Shown here in pieces: positions 26,199-35,200 of a stretch of DNA of 64,000 nt (the stretch's first letter is position 1; each line of letters opens with the position of its first letter). A model generated the notes under the pieces. That model made no database searches. It was not told the DNA's origin and was given only the letters and a program-made list of their open reading frames with translations. Origin of the DNA: Candidatus Competibacteraceae bacterium (GTDB taxonomy: Bacteria > Pseudomonadota > Gammaproteobacteria > Competibacterales > Competibacteraceae); assembly GCA_036351435.1 (NCBI GenBank), contig JAZBPA010000065.1:1186-65185 (forward strand), given 5' to 3'. The translations under genes were made by a program, and so were the position numbers.

Positions 26199-26954
26199 TC
26201 AGACCATCAGGAAAGACTCAGAATTCCATACTGTGATTCGTGGATGCTGTTGCGCCCTGAGTCTTTCCTCTTCAGTGTTGTAACCCCAACTTGCCAGGTA
26301 TAACTGTACTGCTGCCAGCCGGTCTCGTTCGACGACCCGCAATAGCGTCGCTAACCGGTCTTCCACAAAATGGAAACGAGCGCCGCTAAAGTTAGGATCA
26401 CGTAACCAATAGTCTAAGGTTACTTCTTTAGATTGGTTGCGTTCTAATCCGAAAATGCGTTCGCCAGGAACATTGATCCCTGCCTGAGACAACAACAACT
26501 GTGCGAATCGCTCTTGTTTAGTGGTCAGAATGAACCACTCTGTGTCAGGCGGCAGGTTCATCAGGTTGTCAAGAACATCAGGATAAAACCGTTGCCGGTC
26601 GAGCCATCCCGGTAAATCACGTTCGATCCACTCATCCCGAGCCGTGCCAAATATTTGCGCAAGATAAGCTGCCGGATAGTGAATTTCTTCGAGTAATTGT
26701 TCGCTTAGTTTATGGAATTGCCGACTGATTACTGCGTCGGAGTGGCCTAACGCGATCAAACGCAACAGTAACACTGTTTGATAACCGGTTTCGATCAACG
26801 ACCTAAGCGCTAAGAACCGATTAAAGTAGTCTGGCGGCGGCTCTAAACCGTGCCAATCCGGCCAGATCTGTGTCCCTGCGCGCCATGCGGTGACCACGCT
26901 CTCGGATGCACTGTCACACAGAACCCCATCAAAATCCAACGCAAAAATATGCAC
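26199..26954 (-). CDS. HAD-superfamily hydrolase, specificity unknown
   Basis: The motif I at the N-terminus is FALDFDGVLCDS. 251 aa. Confidence 0.6.
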   Translation of the reverse strand: MHIFALDFDGVLCDSASESVVTAWRAGTQIWPDWHGLEPPPDYFNRFLALRSLIETGYQTVLLLRLIALGHSDAVISRQFHKLSEQLLEEIHYPAAYLAQIFGTARDEWIERDLPGWLDRQRFYPDVLDNLMNLPPDTEWFILTTKQERFAQLLLSQAGINVPGERIFGLERNQSKEVTLDYWLRDPNFSGARFHFVEDRLATLLRVVERDRLAAVQLYLASWGYNTEEERLRAQQHPRITVWNSESFLMV

Positions 26955-27206
26955 TTATTTCACCTGCTTGCGGTATAAAAACCCAAGTTTTGGTGCAATG
27001 CGATAACTAGCATTCGAAGTGCACCCGTCAATCGGAGTATAATGCTAAGCGAATCATCGCAGCGATGCGTTACTAAGACATAATAAATAAATTGACAACC
27101 CTTTTATATCAGTTTTCAGCAGCTCGCTTTGACTGTACTTAACTGTATCAATCAAGCAGTTATTGAAGAGGGTGCGTGCTTTACAACTTCCTAGAGAGGT
27201 TTTCCT

Positions 27207-28475
27207 ATGAATCCGAACACACCTCGTTTTGTCAGCCGATTAACGCGAGAGACTCTGGCGTTGATTTTAGCGGGTGGACGGGGCAGTCGACTCAAACACC
27301 TGACCCAGTGGCGAGCAAAGCCTGCCACTCCGTTTGGGGGTAAATTTCGCATTATCGACTTTCCGTTATCTAATTGCATGAACTCGGATATTCGACGGAT
27401 GGCGGTATTGACGCAGTACAAGGCACATTCCTTGATCTTGCATACGCAAAAAGGCTGGGGGTTTTTGCGTGGCGAGTTCGGAGAATTCGTCGAACTGTGG
27501 CCTGCCCAGCAACGCCTAGCTTCTTCGTGGTATCAAGGGACGGCTGATGCGGTTTATCAAAACCTGGATATTATGCGCAGCCACGCGCCAGAATATGTAT
27601 TGATTCTGGCGGGTGATCATATCTATAAGATGGATTATGGTCCTATGATCGCCACCCACGTTGAGCAACAAGCTGATGTCACTGTGGGTTGTATTGAAGT
27701 GCCTCGGGCGCGGGCAGCCGGCGAATTTGGCATTATTACTGTGGACGATGAAGACCGGGTACTGCGCTTCACGGAAAAACCTGCCGATCCGGAACCGCTG
27801 CCGGGTAAAGAGGACACTACGCTGGCCTCAATGGGAATCTATGTCTTCAACGCAAAATTCCTGTATGAGCAACTCATTAAGGATGCCGACACATCAACCT
27901 CGAATCACGACTTTGGCAAAGACATTATCCCAGCGGCAATTGACCGTTACCGGGTATACGCTCACGCCTTCCGGGATGTGCAAACCGGCAAACAAAACTA
28001 TTGGCGTGATGTGGGTACGGTAGATGCGTTCTGGGAAGCGAATCTTGAACTAGCCGGAGTCAGCCCAGAACTGAATTTGTATGATGAGCAATGGCCGATT
28101 TGGACTTACCAGGCCCAATTACCGCCCGCCAAATTCGTGTTCGATGATGATAACCGTCGCGGCATGGCGGTCGATACTATGGTCTCCGGCGGTTGCCTGA
28201 TCAGCGGAGGTTACGTAAGCCGTTCAATATTATTCTCCAATGTAAAAGTCCATTCTTATGCCCATTTAGAGGATGCCGTCGTATTACCTGATGTGGATAT
28301 TGGTCGGCATTGCCGGCTCAAAAAAGTCATTATAGATGAAGGTTGTATCATCCCACCAGGCACGGTAATCGGTGAGAATCTCGCCGAAGATGCTAAGCGG
28401 TACTATGTATCAGAAGGTGGCGTGGTCTTGGTAACTCCTGAAATGCTGGGTCAGGAGTTGCATCAGGTTCGTTGA
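27207..28475 (+). CDS. glgC: glucose-1-phosphate adenylyltransferase
   Basis: [41 protein letters not shown] is the canonical GlgC N-terminus. Confidence 0.95.
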   Translation: MNPNTPRFVSRLTRETLALILAGGRGSRLKHLTQWRAKPATPFGGKFRIIDFPLSNCMNSDIRRMAVLTQYKAHSLILHTQKGWGFLRGEFGEFVELWPAQQRLASSWYQGTADAVYQNLDIMRSHAPEYVLILAGDHIYKMDYGPMIATHVEQQADVTVGCIEVPRARAAGEFGIITVDDEDRVLRFTEKPADPEPLPGKEDTTLASMGIYVFNAKFLYEQLIKDADTSTSNHDFGKDIIPAAIDRYRVYAHAFRDVQTGKQNYWRDVGTVDAFWEANLELAGVSPELNLYDEQWPIWTYQAQLPPAKFVFDDDNRRGMAVDTMVSGGCLISGGYVSRSILFSNVKVHSYAHLEDAVVLPDVDIGRHCRLKKVIIDEGCIIPPGTVIGENLAEDAKRYYVSEGGVVLVTPEMLGQELHQVR

Positions 28476-28505
28476 GTTGTTCACCCGCCGCCGGAAATAC
28501 TATCC

Positions 28506-29726
28506 ATGAAAATCCTTTTTTTGACCAATGAATACCCGCCGTACATCTACGGCGGCGCTGGAGTACATGTAGAGCACTTGGTGCCGGAGTTGGCGCAGCT
28601 GGATAATGGGGCCCATACGGTTCAGGTGCTCTGCTTCGGCGACCAACAGATACGGCAGGATAATTTCAATGTGCAGGGCATATCGGGTATCGAATCGGAA
28701 TTGCCTTACCAGGATCGCCGTCATCAAAAATATTTTGACACGCTAGTGCGGAATATTGTGATGGCCGGTTCCGTAGCGGAAGCGGATATTGTTCATTGTC
28801 ACACGTGGTACTCGCACTTAGCCGGTTGCCTGCTCAAATCATTAGTAGGCGCTAAGCTGGTACTCACCACGCATTCTCTGGAACCTCACCGGCCCTGGAA
28901 AGTGGAACAATTAGGTAGTGCTTATCAGGGCAGCACCTGGGTGGAAAAGACGGCTTATCAGAATGCCGATGGTGTGGTTGCCGTTTCTAACGCCATGAGT
29001 ACTGATGTTCAGACGTTATATGGCGTACCGCGTGAAAAAGTTCAGGTCATCCACAACGGTATTGACTTGAACCACTTTAAACCTACGCCTAACCCTGCGG
29101 TGCTGCAAACCTACGGAGTCGATCCTGACCGGTCTTACATTCTTTTTGTCGGGCGAATTACTCGGCAAAAAGGCATCATTCATTTGGTTAATGCGATTAA
29201 ATACGTGCATCCGGGTATTCAAATTGTGCTATGCGCCGGTACCCCTGATACGGTAGAAATCGGTCAGGAGATGGATGCTAAAGTAAGGGAGGCGCGCGCT
29301 GCCACGCCAAATGAGGTGATTTGGATTTCGCAGAATCTGAGCAAAGCGGACTTGGTTACTTTATATACCCACGCGACGTTATTTGTCTGTCCTTCTGTCT
29401 ATGAGCCGTTCGGCATCATTAATTTAGAGGCGATGGCTTGCGAAACTCCTGTAGTGGCCGCTGCCGTGGGCGGTATTCCAGAAGTTGTAGTGCCGGTAGA
29501 AACCGGCTTGCTGGTTCGTCTTGAGTCCGCTGGTCAGGGAGATTTTGAACCTTTGAATCCCGAGCTGTTCTCTCAGGATTTAGCGACTAGCATTAATTTG
29601 CTCCTGGATTCACCGGACACGTTGCAGGCTATGGGACGCAAGGCTCGAGAACGGGTGGAACGACACTTCAGTTGGACATACATCGCACAACAAACATTGG
29701 AGTTTTATAAAACTCTGCTAAGTTGA
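28506..29726 (+). CDS. GT4-family ADP-glucose-dependent alpha-glucan / maltose-1-phosphate synthase (actinobacterial GlgA/GlgM type)
   Basis: MKILFLTNEYPPYIYGGAGVHVEHL, HSLEPHRPWKVEQLG, FVGRITRQKG, FVCPSVYEPFGIINLEAMAC and GGIPEVV are collinear with the mycobacterial Rv1212c-type protein as I recall it. Confidence 0.8.
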   Translation: MKILFLTNEYPPYIYGGAGVHVEHLVPELAQLDNGAHTVQVLCFGDQQIRQDNFNVQGISGIESELPYQDRRHQKYFDTLVRNIVMAGSVAEADIVHCHTWYSHLAGCLLKSLVGAKLVLTTHSLEPHRPWKVEQLGSAYQGSTWVEKTAYQNADGVVAVSNAMSTDVQTLYGVPREKVQVIHNGIDLNHFKPTPNPAVLQTYGVDPDRSYILFVGRITRQKGIIHLVNAIKYVHPGIQIVLCAGTPDTVEIGQEMDAKVREARAATPNEVIWISQNLSKADLVTLYTHATLFVCPSVYEPFGIINLEAMACETPVVAAAVGGIPEVVVPVETGLLVRLESAGQGDFEPLNPELFSQDLATSINLLLDSPDTLQAMGRKARERVERHFSWTYIAQQTLEFYKTLLS

Positions 29727-29751
29727 GTTACGGTTGAACCCACTCTTCGTT

Positions 29752-29770
29752 GCTAGCCTCGCTGGCTAGC
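29752..29770 (+). terminator. 7-bp hairpin after the glucan synthase gene
   Basis: gctagcc-tcgct-ggctagc followed by gatttcc. The T tail is weak. Confidence 0.3.
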
Positions 29771-29800
29771 GATTTCCTAACGTATTACTAGGTGTTGAGA

Positions 29801-30313
29801 ATGATGCGCTTGCTGTTAATTGCAGCGTTATTTGTAGTGTTGAATCCGGTTTACGCGGAAAGAACCCAATCATTTGGATTGCACGCCGGAGTCTCTCTGA
29901 ACGAGAACAAGGAGTTTTATAGCGCGGTATTTTTTACCAGCCATCCGCTTTTTGAGCCTATGCAGACAGTAATTGGGAAAGTATATCCTCGGATTAATAC
30001 TGGTCTGGGGTTATTGTGGAACGATGAAAAAACAGGAGTTGTGGGTTCGTTGGGCCCAAGCGTTATATTTTTTGGGATGCAGGAAAGACTGAGGTTGGGG
30101 TTAGGGATCGATGTGGCCTTGCTGAGTCGTACTCAATTTGAAGAAACCGATTTCGGTAGCGCTTTGGAATTTATATCTTATGTCAATATTGCTTGGGGGA
30201 TTGTTGAAGGATTAACTGCAGGCTATCGCTTTCAACACATGTCTAATGCAGGTCTTAGCTCTATTAACCCCGGTCTAAACTTGCATGTATTATCACTTGA
30301 GTACTCTTACTGA
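29801..30313 (+). CDS. pagL: PagL-like lipid A 3-O-deacylase / acyloxyacyl hydrolase outer-membrane protein
   Basis: About 170 aa with a signal peptide (MMRLLLIAALFVVLNPVYA). The C-terminal FGSALEF...YRFQHMSNAGL...LSLEYSY parallels P. aeruginosa PagL LGSSLNF...IHYSNAGL...SLFYKIPI (catalytic His-x-Ser). Confidence 0.75.
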   Translation: MMRLLLIAALFVVLNPVYAERTQSFGLHAGVSLNENKEFYSAVFFTSHPLFEPMQTVIGKVYPRINTGLGLLWNDEKTGVVGSLGPSVIFFGMQERLRLGLGIDVALLSRTQFEETDFGSALEFISYVNIAWGIVEGLTAGYRFQHMSNAGLSSINPGLNLHVLSLEYSY

Positions 30314-30329
30314 TGGAGTTGGCAGCGTT

Positions 30330-31304
30330 GTGAAATTACAGCAACTTCGCTACTTAACAGCTATTGCCAAGAATAATCTAAATATCTCAGCAGCTGCTGA
30401 GGCGCTCTTTACTTCACAACCCGGGGTCAGTAAGCAGATTCGATTACTGGAAGATGAATTAGGCGTCGAGTTGTTCAACCGCAATGGCAAACATTTGACC
30501 CATATTACGCCGGTGGGACGACGCATTATCGAAAAAGCCGAACGGATTTTAGGAGAAGTACGCAACATTCAGACCCTGGCGGCGGAGTTCCGTGATGAGC
30601 AGCGGGGCAACTTGTCTATCGCCACCACTCATACTCAAGCGCGTTACGCCCTGCCGAGCGTTATCCAAACCTTTAGAGCTCGTTATCCGGCAGTCACTTT
30701 ACAATTGCACCAAGGTTCGCCTGCCCAGATTGCTGAGATGGCCTCGTCCGGCTTAGTGGATTTTGCGATCGCTACCGAAGCTTTAGAGTTGTTCGAAGAT
30801 CTGATAATGCTGCCTTGTTATCTTTGGCATCGGTGTATTTTAGTGCCTCATGGTCATCCACTTACCCAGTTAACCGAGTTGAGTTTGCAGGATGTCGCAG
30901 CTTATCCATTGGTGACTTATGTGTTTGGGTTCACCGGCCGATCTCAATTAGATGAAGCGTTTAAAGCCGCTCGATTAAAACCCACTGTTGCGTTTACGGC
31001 AACTGATGCTGATGTGCTAAAAACTTATGTCCGGCTTGGGCTGGGGGTTGGTATTATCGCTAGGATGGCACATGACCCTAAATTTGATCAGGATTTGGTT
31101 CCATTAGACGCTAGTCATTTGTTTGCTCCTAATACCACGATGATTGGATTTCGTCGCGGAACTTTTTTACGCAGCTATATGTATGATTTTATTTCGCTTT
31201 TTGCGCCTCACTTGACCTTGCAAGTGGTACAATCTGCAGAACGAAGTGACTCAGATGATGGCATTGATAATTTGTTCGAGTCGTTAGAGTTACCGATGCG
31301 GTAA
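30330..31304 (+). CDS. cysB: LysR-family transcriptional regulator CysB
   Basis: It is near-collinear with E. coli CysB: KLQQLRY, SQPGVSKQIRLLEDELG, ATTHTQARYALP, HQGSPxQIA, FAIATEAL, LVTYxFGFTGRSxLD, FTATDADVxKTYVRLGLGVG and GFRRGTFLRSYMYDFI. I infer a GTG start at 30330; the start is uncertain. Confidence 0.85.
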   Translation: MKLQQLRYLTAIAKNNLNISAAAEALFTSQPGVSKQIRLLEDELGVELFNRNGKHLTHITPVGRRIIEKAERILGEVRNIQTLAAEFRDEQRGNLSIATTHTQARYALPSVIQTFRARYPAVTLQLHQGSPAQIAEMASSGLVDFAIATEALELFEDLIMLPCYLWHRCILVPHGHPLTQLTELSLQDVAAYPLVTYVFGFTGRSQLDEAFKAARLKPTVAFTATDADVLKTYVRLGLGVGIIARMAHDPKFDQDLVPLDASHLFAPNTTMIGFRRGTFLRSYMYDFISLFAPHLTLQVVQSAERSDSDDGIDNLFESLELPMR

Positions 31305-31374
31305 TTAATCATCAGATGTTATTGTGTAGTGGTATTTATGTAAAGATGATGATATAAGAGCGATATTGAATCAT

Positions 31375-32268
31375 ATGAATAGCAACCCGGCCACCTTACG
31401 CATCGACCTTCTGGAAAATTTTCAACACCTGCTCAGCAGCCTGAATCAATTTTGCACTGCTTTACGCAACGACAATCGCTTACCCGCCTGGGTCTCGCGC
31501 ACTGAGCAGGAAATAAATGCCAGTCTTGCACCGCGCACCAAAGCCATTTCACTGTATCAGGCGTTATGGTATGAGGGTGATCAAGATGGCCGAGAAACGC
31601 TAACTTGCCCAGGTATCATCGGTGCCAGCCCGGCTACTCTGGAAGCTGCTCGCACCTGTAACACCAAGAAAGATAAATTTAAAGCGATTGTGCTCCAACT
31701 AAAAATCCTCAGCAAAGCTGAAGCCAGCCTAATAATGGCAGATCTGCACAGCCGTAACGAGGAAGTTGCAACGGCAATGAAACGTATGGGCGCAGCCCGA
31801 TTGAACCTGAAACAAGCGTATCGGCATATTCCGTTACTAGACCGTCGCCCATTAAAAATCGGCTTCACCTGGTCGAAACAAGGCCGTACTATTCAGCGTA
31901 CCAATGTCAGTGAAACCCGCCGACTGCTGGAACGCCGCAGGGAAACGCCTCAAATCAGGCAGGAACTGAACCAACTGAGCACACTGCCGGACAATGAGCA
32001 ACTCGCCCGAGTCCGCGGGGTTTGCCCCCATCTACGCGCCAATATAGTATTTGCTGAGGGCGGTAAGGCGTCGAATCGCAGACGGTTAATCCAAGCGCCC
32101 TTGCCCATTCTTGTCCCATTGCAAGGCAATGAAGCATTGCCGGATTTCGTACCGATTGAGACAGAACCTCAGGATAATCCAAGGCTCCGCCGTTCCGATG
32201 TTCGCATTGAAGACGATGTATTTCTTCCGTCTATCCGTGTTTACCGCTACCGAGAACCCTATCGATGA
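31375..32268 (+). CDS. Tus-like protein (candidate DNA replication terminus site-binding protein homologue)
   Basis: The by-eye alignment to E. coli Tus (recalled from memory) is collinear: CPGII/LPGVL, KDKFKAIV/KLKTTFEHIV, LKQAYRHI/LNAYRTL, KIGFTWSKQ/LRFGWANKH, LPDNEQLARVR..HLRANI/LPQNAKLKIKR..QPIARV, APLPILVPL/CPTPLIALI, FLPSIRVYRY/IIPRLHLYV. The length is similar (297 vs 309 aa). I take the ATG at 31375 (the ORF track starts at TTG 31366). Confidence 0.5.
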   Translation: MNSNPATLRIDLLENFQHLLSSLNQFCTALRNDNRLPAWVSRTEQEINASLAPRTKAISLYQALWYEGDQDGRETLTCPGIIGASPATLEAARTCNTKKDKFKAIVLQLKILSKAEASLIMADLHSRNEEVATAMKRMGAARLNLKQAYRHIPLLDRRPLKIGFTWSKQGRTIQRTNVSETRRLLERRRETPQIRQELNQLSTLPDNEQLARVRGVCPHLRANIVFAEGGKASNRRRLIQAPLPILVPLQGNEALPDFVPIETEPQDNPRLRRSDVRIEDDVFLPSIRVYRYREPYR

Positions 32269-35200
32269 ACCAGGGAAGCATGTTGTCGCCATCTAGCGAG
32301 GCGTTTTACCAACGCCATTGGCTGCTCATCGTCATCACCCTCTTGCTATTGTTCTGCCAACCCGCGTTTGCCAGTATGCCGTTGAACCGCGTTCCCATTC
32401 CCCTGCAACCTTGGGTGGATTGGGTGCTGTACGGGATCACTGAAACCCGCTGCCCTTTGGTATACAAGCAAACTGAGCAGTACCAATGCACTTGGCCATC
32501 CTCGCTAACGCTTAATGTTGGTCCACAAGGTGGGGAATTCGTGCAACGCTGGTGGATCGATACGGAAAGTTGGTTAACCTTGCCGGGCGATCTCAATCAT
32601 TGGCCGCAGCAGGTTCGTTTTGATGGTTATCCGACCATCGTCTTAGAACGAGATGGGCGCCCGGCGCTTAAGGCAGGAGTAGGCGCACATACTGTCAGTG
32701 GGCGCTTTATATGGCGTGAGTTACCGGATTCTCTAGCTGTTCCTTCCGATACGGCACTGTTATCTCTGACCTTAGCAGGTCGAGCGATTGCCGAACCCCG
32801 GTTAGAAAGAGACGGTCGAGTTCGCTTGCAACCGCAAGCCGTTGCCGCTGATTTGCAAAATCATCAGGAAATACGGGTTTTTCGCAAGATCATCGACGCT
32901 ATTCCTTTACTGCTGCACACTCGGGTAGAACTTCGCATCTCCGGGCAAGCACGAGAGGAATTATTAGGGAGAGCTTTGCCGTCAGGCTTCATCCCTCTTG
33001 AATTGAAGAGCCCATTGTCGGCTCGCTTAGAAGCCGACGGTCGCTTGCGGGTGCAAGTCAAACCCGGCACTTGGACGGTGCAATACAATGCCCGCCATAC
33101 CGGCCCGGTCAGCGAACTTTCCGCGCCAATCCCAGACGGACCTTGGGCCAAGCAGGAAATTTGGGTGTTTGAAGCACGACCTGCATTGCGGGTGGTTACG
33201 GTACAAGGTGCGCCTAGTTTGGACCCGGCGCAAACCAACTTGCCCGAGGACTGGCGACAGCTACCCGCTTATCTAATGCAACCTGGGCAGGAACTCACCT
33301 TAGTGACTCGAAAGCGCGGCGATGCCGATCCGGTTCCAGACCGGTTGCATTTGGAACGCACCTTGTGGCTCGATTTCGCCGGTAGGGGCTACACTGTACA
33401 GGATCGCTTGAACGGCACCATCTCCCGCAGCGCCCGACTGGAAGCAGCACCGCCTTTGTTGCTAGGCCAAGTGATGATCAATGGACAACCGCAGTTCATC
33501 ACCCGCCTACCTGACAGCGCCCTTGACGGTATTGAAGTTCGTCAAGGGCAGATTCAACTCACCGCGGACAGTCGCTTGGAACCGGCAAGAATTAATAGTT
33601 TACCGGCTGTCGGCTGGCAAATTGATCCTGCCAGTCTGCGCAATACTATCAATCTACCACCGGGATGGCGGCTATTGACCGCCCTGGGCACTGACCAAGC
33701 CTCAAAGACTTGGCTACAACGTTGGACCCTGCTGGACTTATTCGTTGTGCTGATTGCCGCGCTCAGTGTTGGCCGGTTATGGAGCTGGAACTATGGCGCT
33801 CTGGCGCTGGTCGGTCTGCTGCTCAGTTATCATGAGCCGAATGCCCCTCGGTTACTGTGGTTGAACGTATTAGCCGCCATCGCCCTGCTGCGGGTATTGC
33901 CGACGGGCCGGTTGTATGTACTCACTCAATGGTATTGGCGCGCATCCTGGCTAGCCCTGCTAGTCGTTACGCTGGCGTTTACCGTGCAACAAGTGCGCGG
34001 TGCGCTTTATTTGCAACTGTCTCAGTCTGCAGTAACCGACTTTAGCTTGTCAGACTTCGCCCCTATACCCTCTTCAACGCCGGCACCTGCCTTGGCGAAG
34101 CGTGCACCGGCGAGTTCACCGCCGGCCAGGGTTGCGGAAGAAGCCGTGAAACAGGACTATGACTCTACCATTCAGTTACAAACCGGTCCTGGTCTTCCTG
34201 ATTGGCGTTGGAATCAGGCCGTATTAAGTTGGAATGGACCGGTTGCTGCCGATCAACGGCTGCGACTCTGGTTCTCTCCACCCTGGGCGACCCGGTTATG
34301 GATGTTCATCAGCGCCGCATTGCTGCTTGCTTTACTCGTTAGAACAGCTCGGCCAGTCCGACCACCACCCAAATCAGAATCTGAGTTACTGCCAATCGCA
34401 CCGGCAGCCTCCCTGGTCCTCGCGCTACCTTTGTTGCTAACGACGTCTATCCTTCATGCCGAAACCTTACCTATGCCGTCTCTGGAACTGCTGGAAGAAT
34501 TGCGCGAGCGGCTGACCGAACCACCGGATTGCCAACCCCGCTGCACTCATCTGGCCACTCTGAACGTGTCTGCTACAGCGCAGGAACTACGACTCAAGCT
34601 GTTGTTGAACAGCCAAATCGATAGCGCTATCCCATTACCGTTACTGAGTGATCGAGCAATCCCGCTGAGTGCCAGTTTGGATGGACAACCATTTGCGCCA
34701 CTGTTTCGCGCATCGGATCATGGCCTGTGGGCAAGGGTACCCGCCGGCCAACACGAATTGGAGCTACGTGCGTTGCTACCGGCCGAGCTGCTCAGCTTTC
34801 AATTGCCTCTACCAATGAAACCCGGCTGGGTCAATGCTGAGATCACAGGTTGGGATATGGAAGGACTCTATGTCAGGGGCGAGATCGGCGATTCTATTCA
34901 GTTGACTCGCCAGCGTGGAGAGGGCTCAACAGTTGCGCTGCAACCCGGGGTAATACCACCATTTGTTATGCTGGAACGGGAATTAATTTTGGGCGTCGAT
35001 TGGCAAGTGCACTCTCGGGTGCGACGCATGAGCCAAGCAAACTCAGCCATCATACTGGCCGTCCCGCTGTTATCCGGAGAACGGGTCACAAGTCCGGGAG
35101 TTCGGGTACAAAACAATCAAGTATTGCTTAATTTGTCGCCATCCGAGTCTGCAACTGAGTGGACAGCAACCCTAGATAAGGCCTCGGAACTGACCTTAAA

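Noticed and set aside
26274-26290. TGTTGTAAC, a 9-nt match to the core of the E. coli Ter consensus, noticed while looking for Ter sites for the Tus-like protein.
   Set aside because: It lies inside the HAD hydrolase CDS and its flanks do not match Ter. A specific 9-mer on either strand is expected roughly once per two such windows by chance.
27191-27421. A 76-aa ORF lies antisense to the 5' end of glgC.
   Set aside because: It overlaps the highly conserved GlgC N-terminus on the other strand, so it is a shadow frame.
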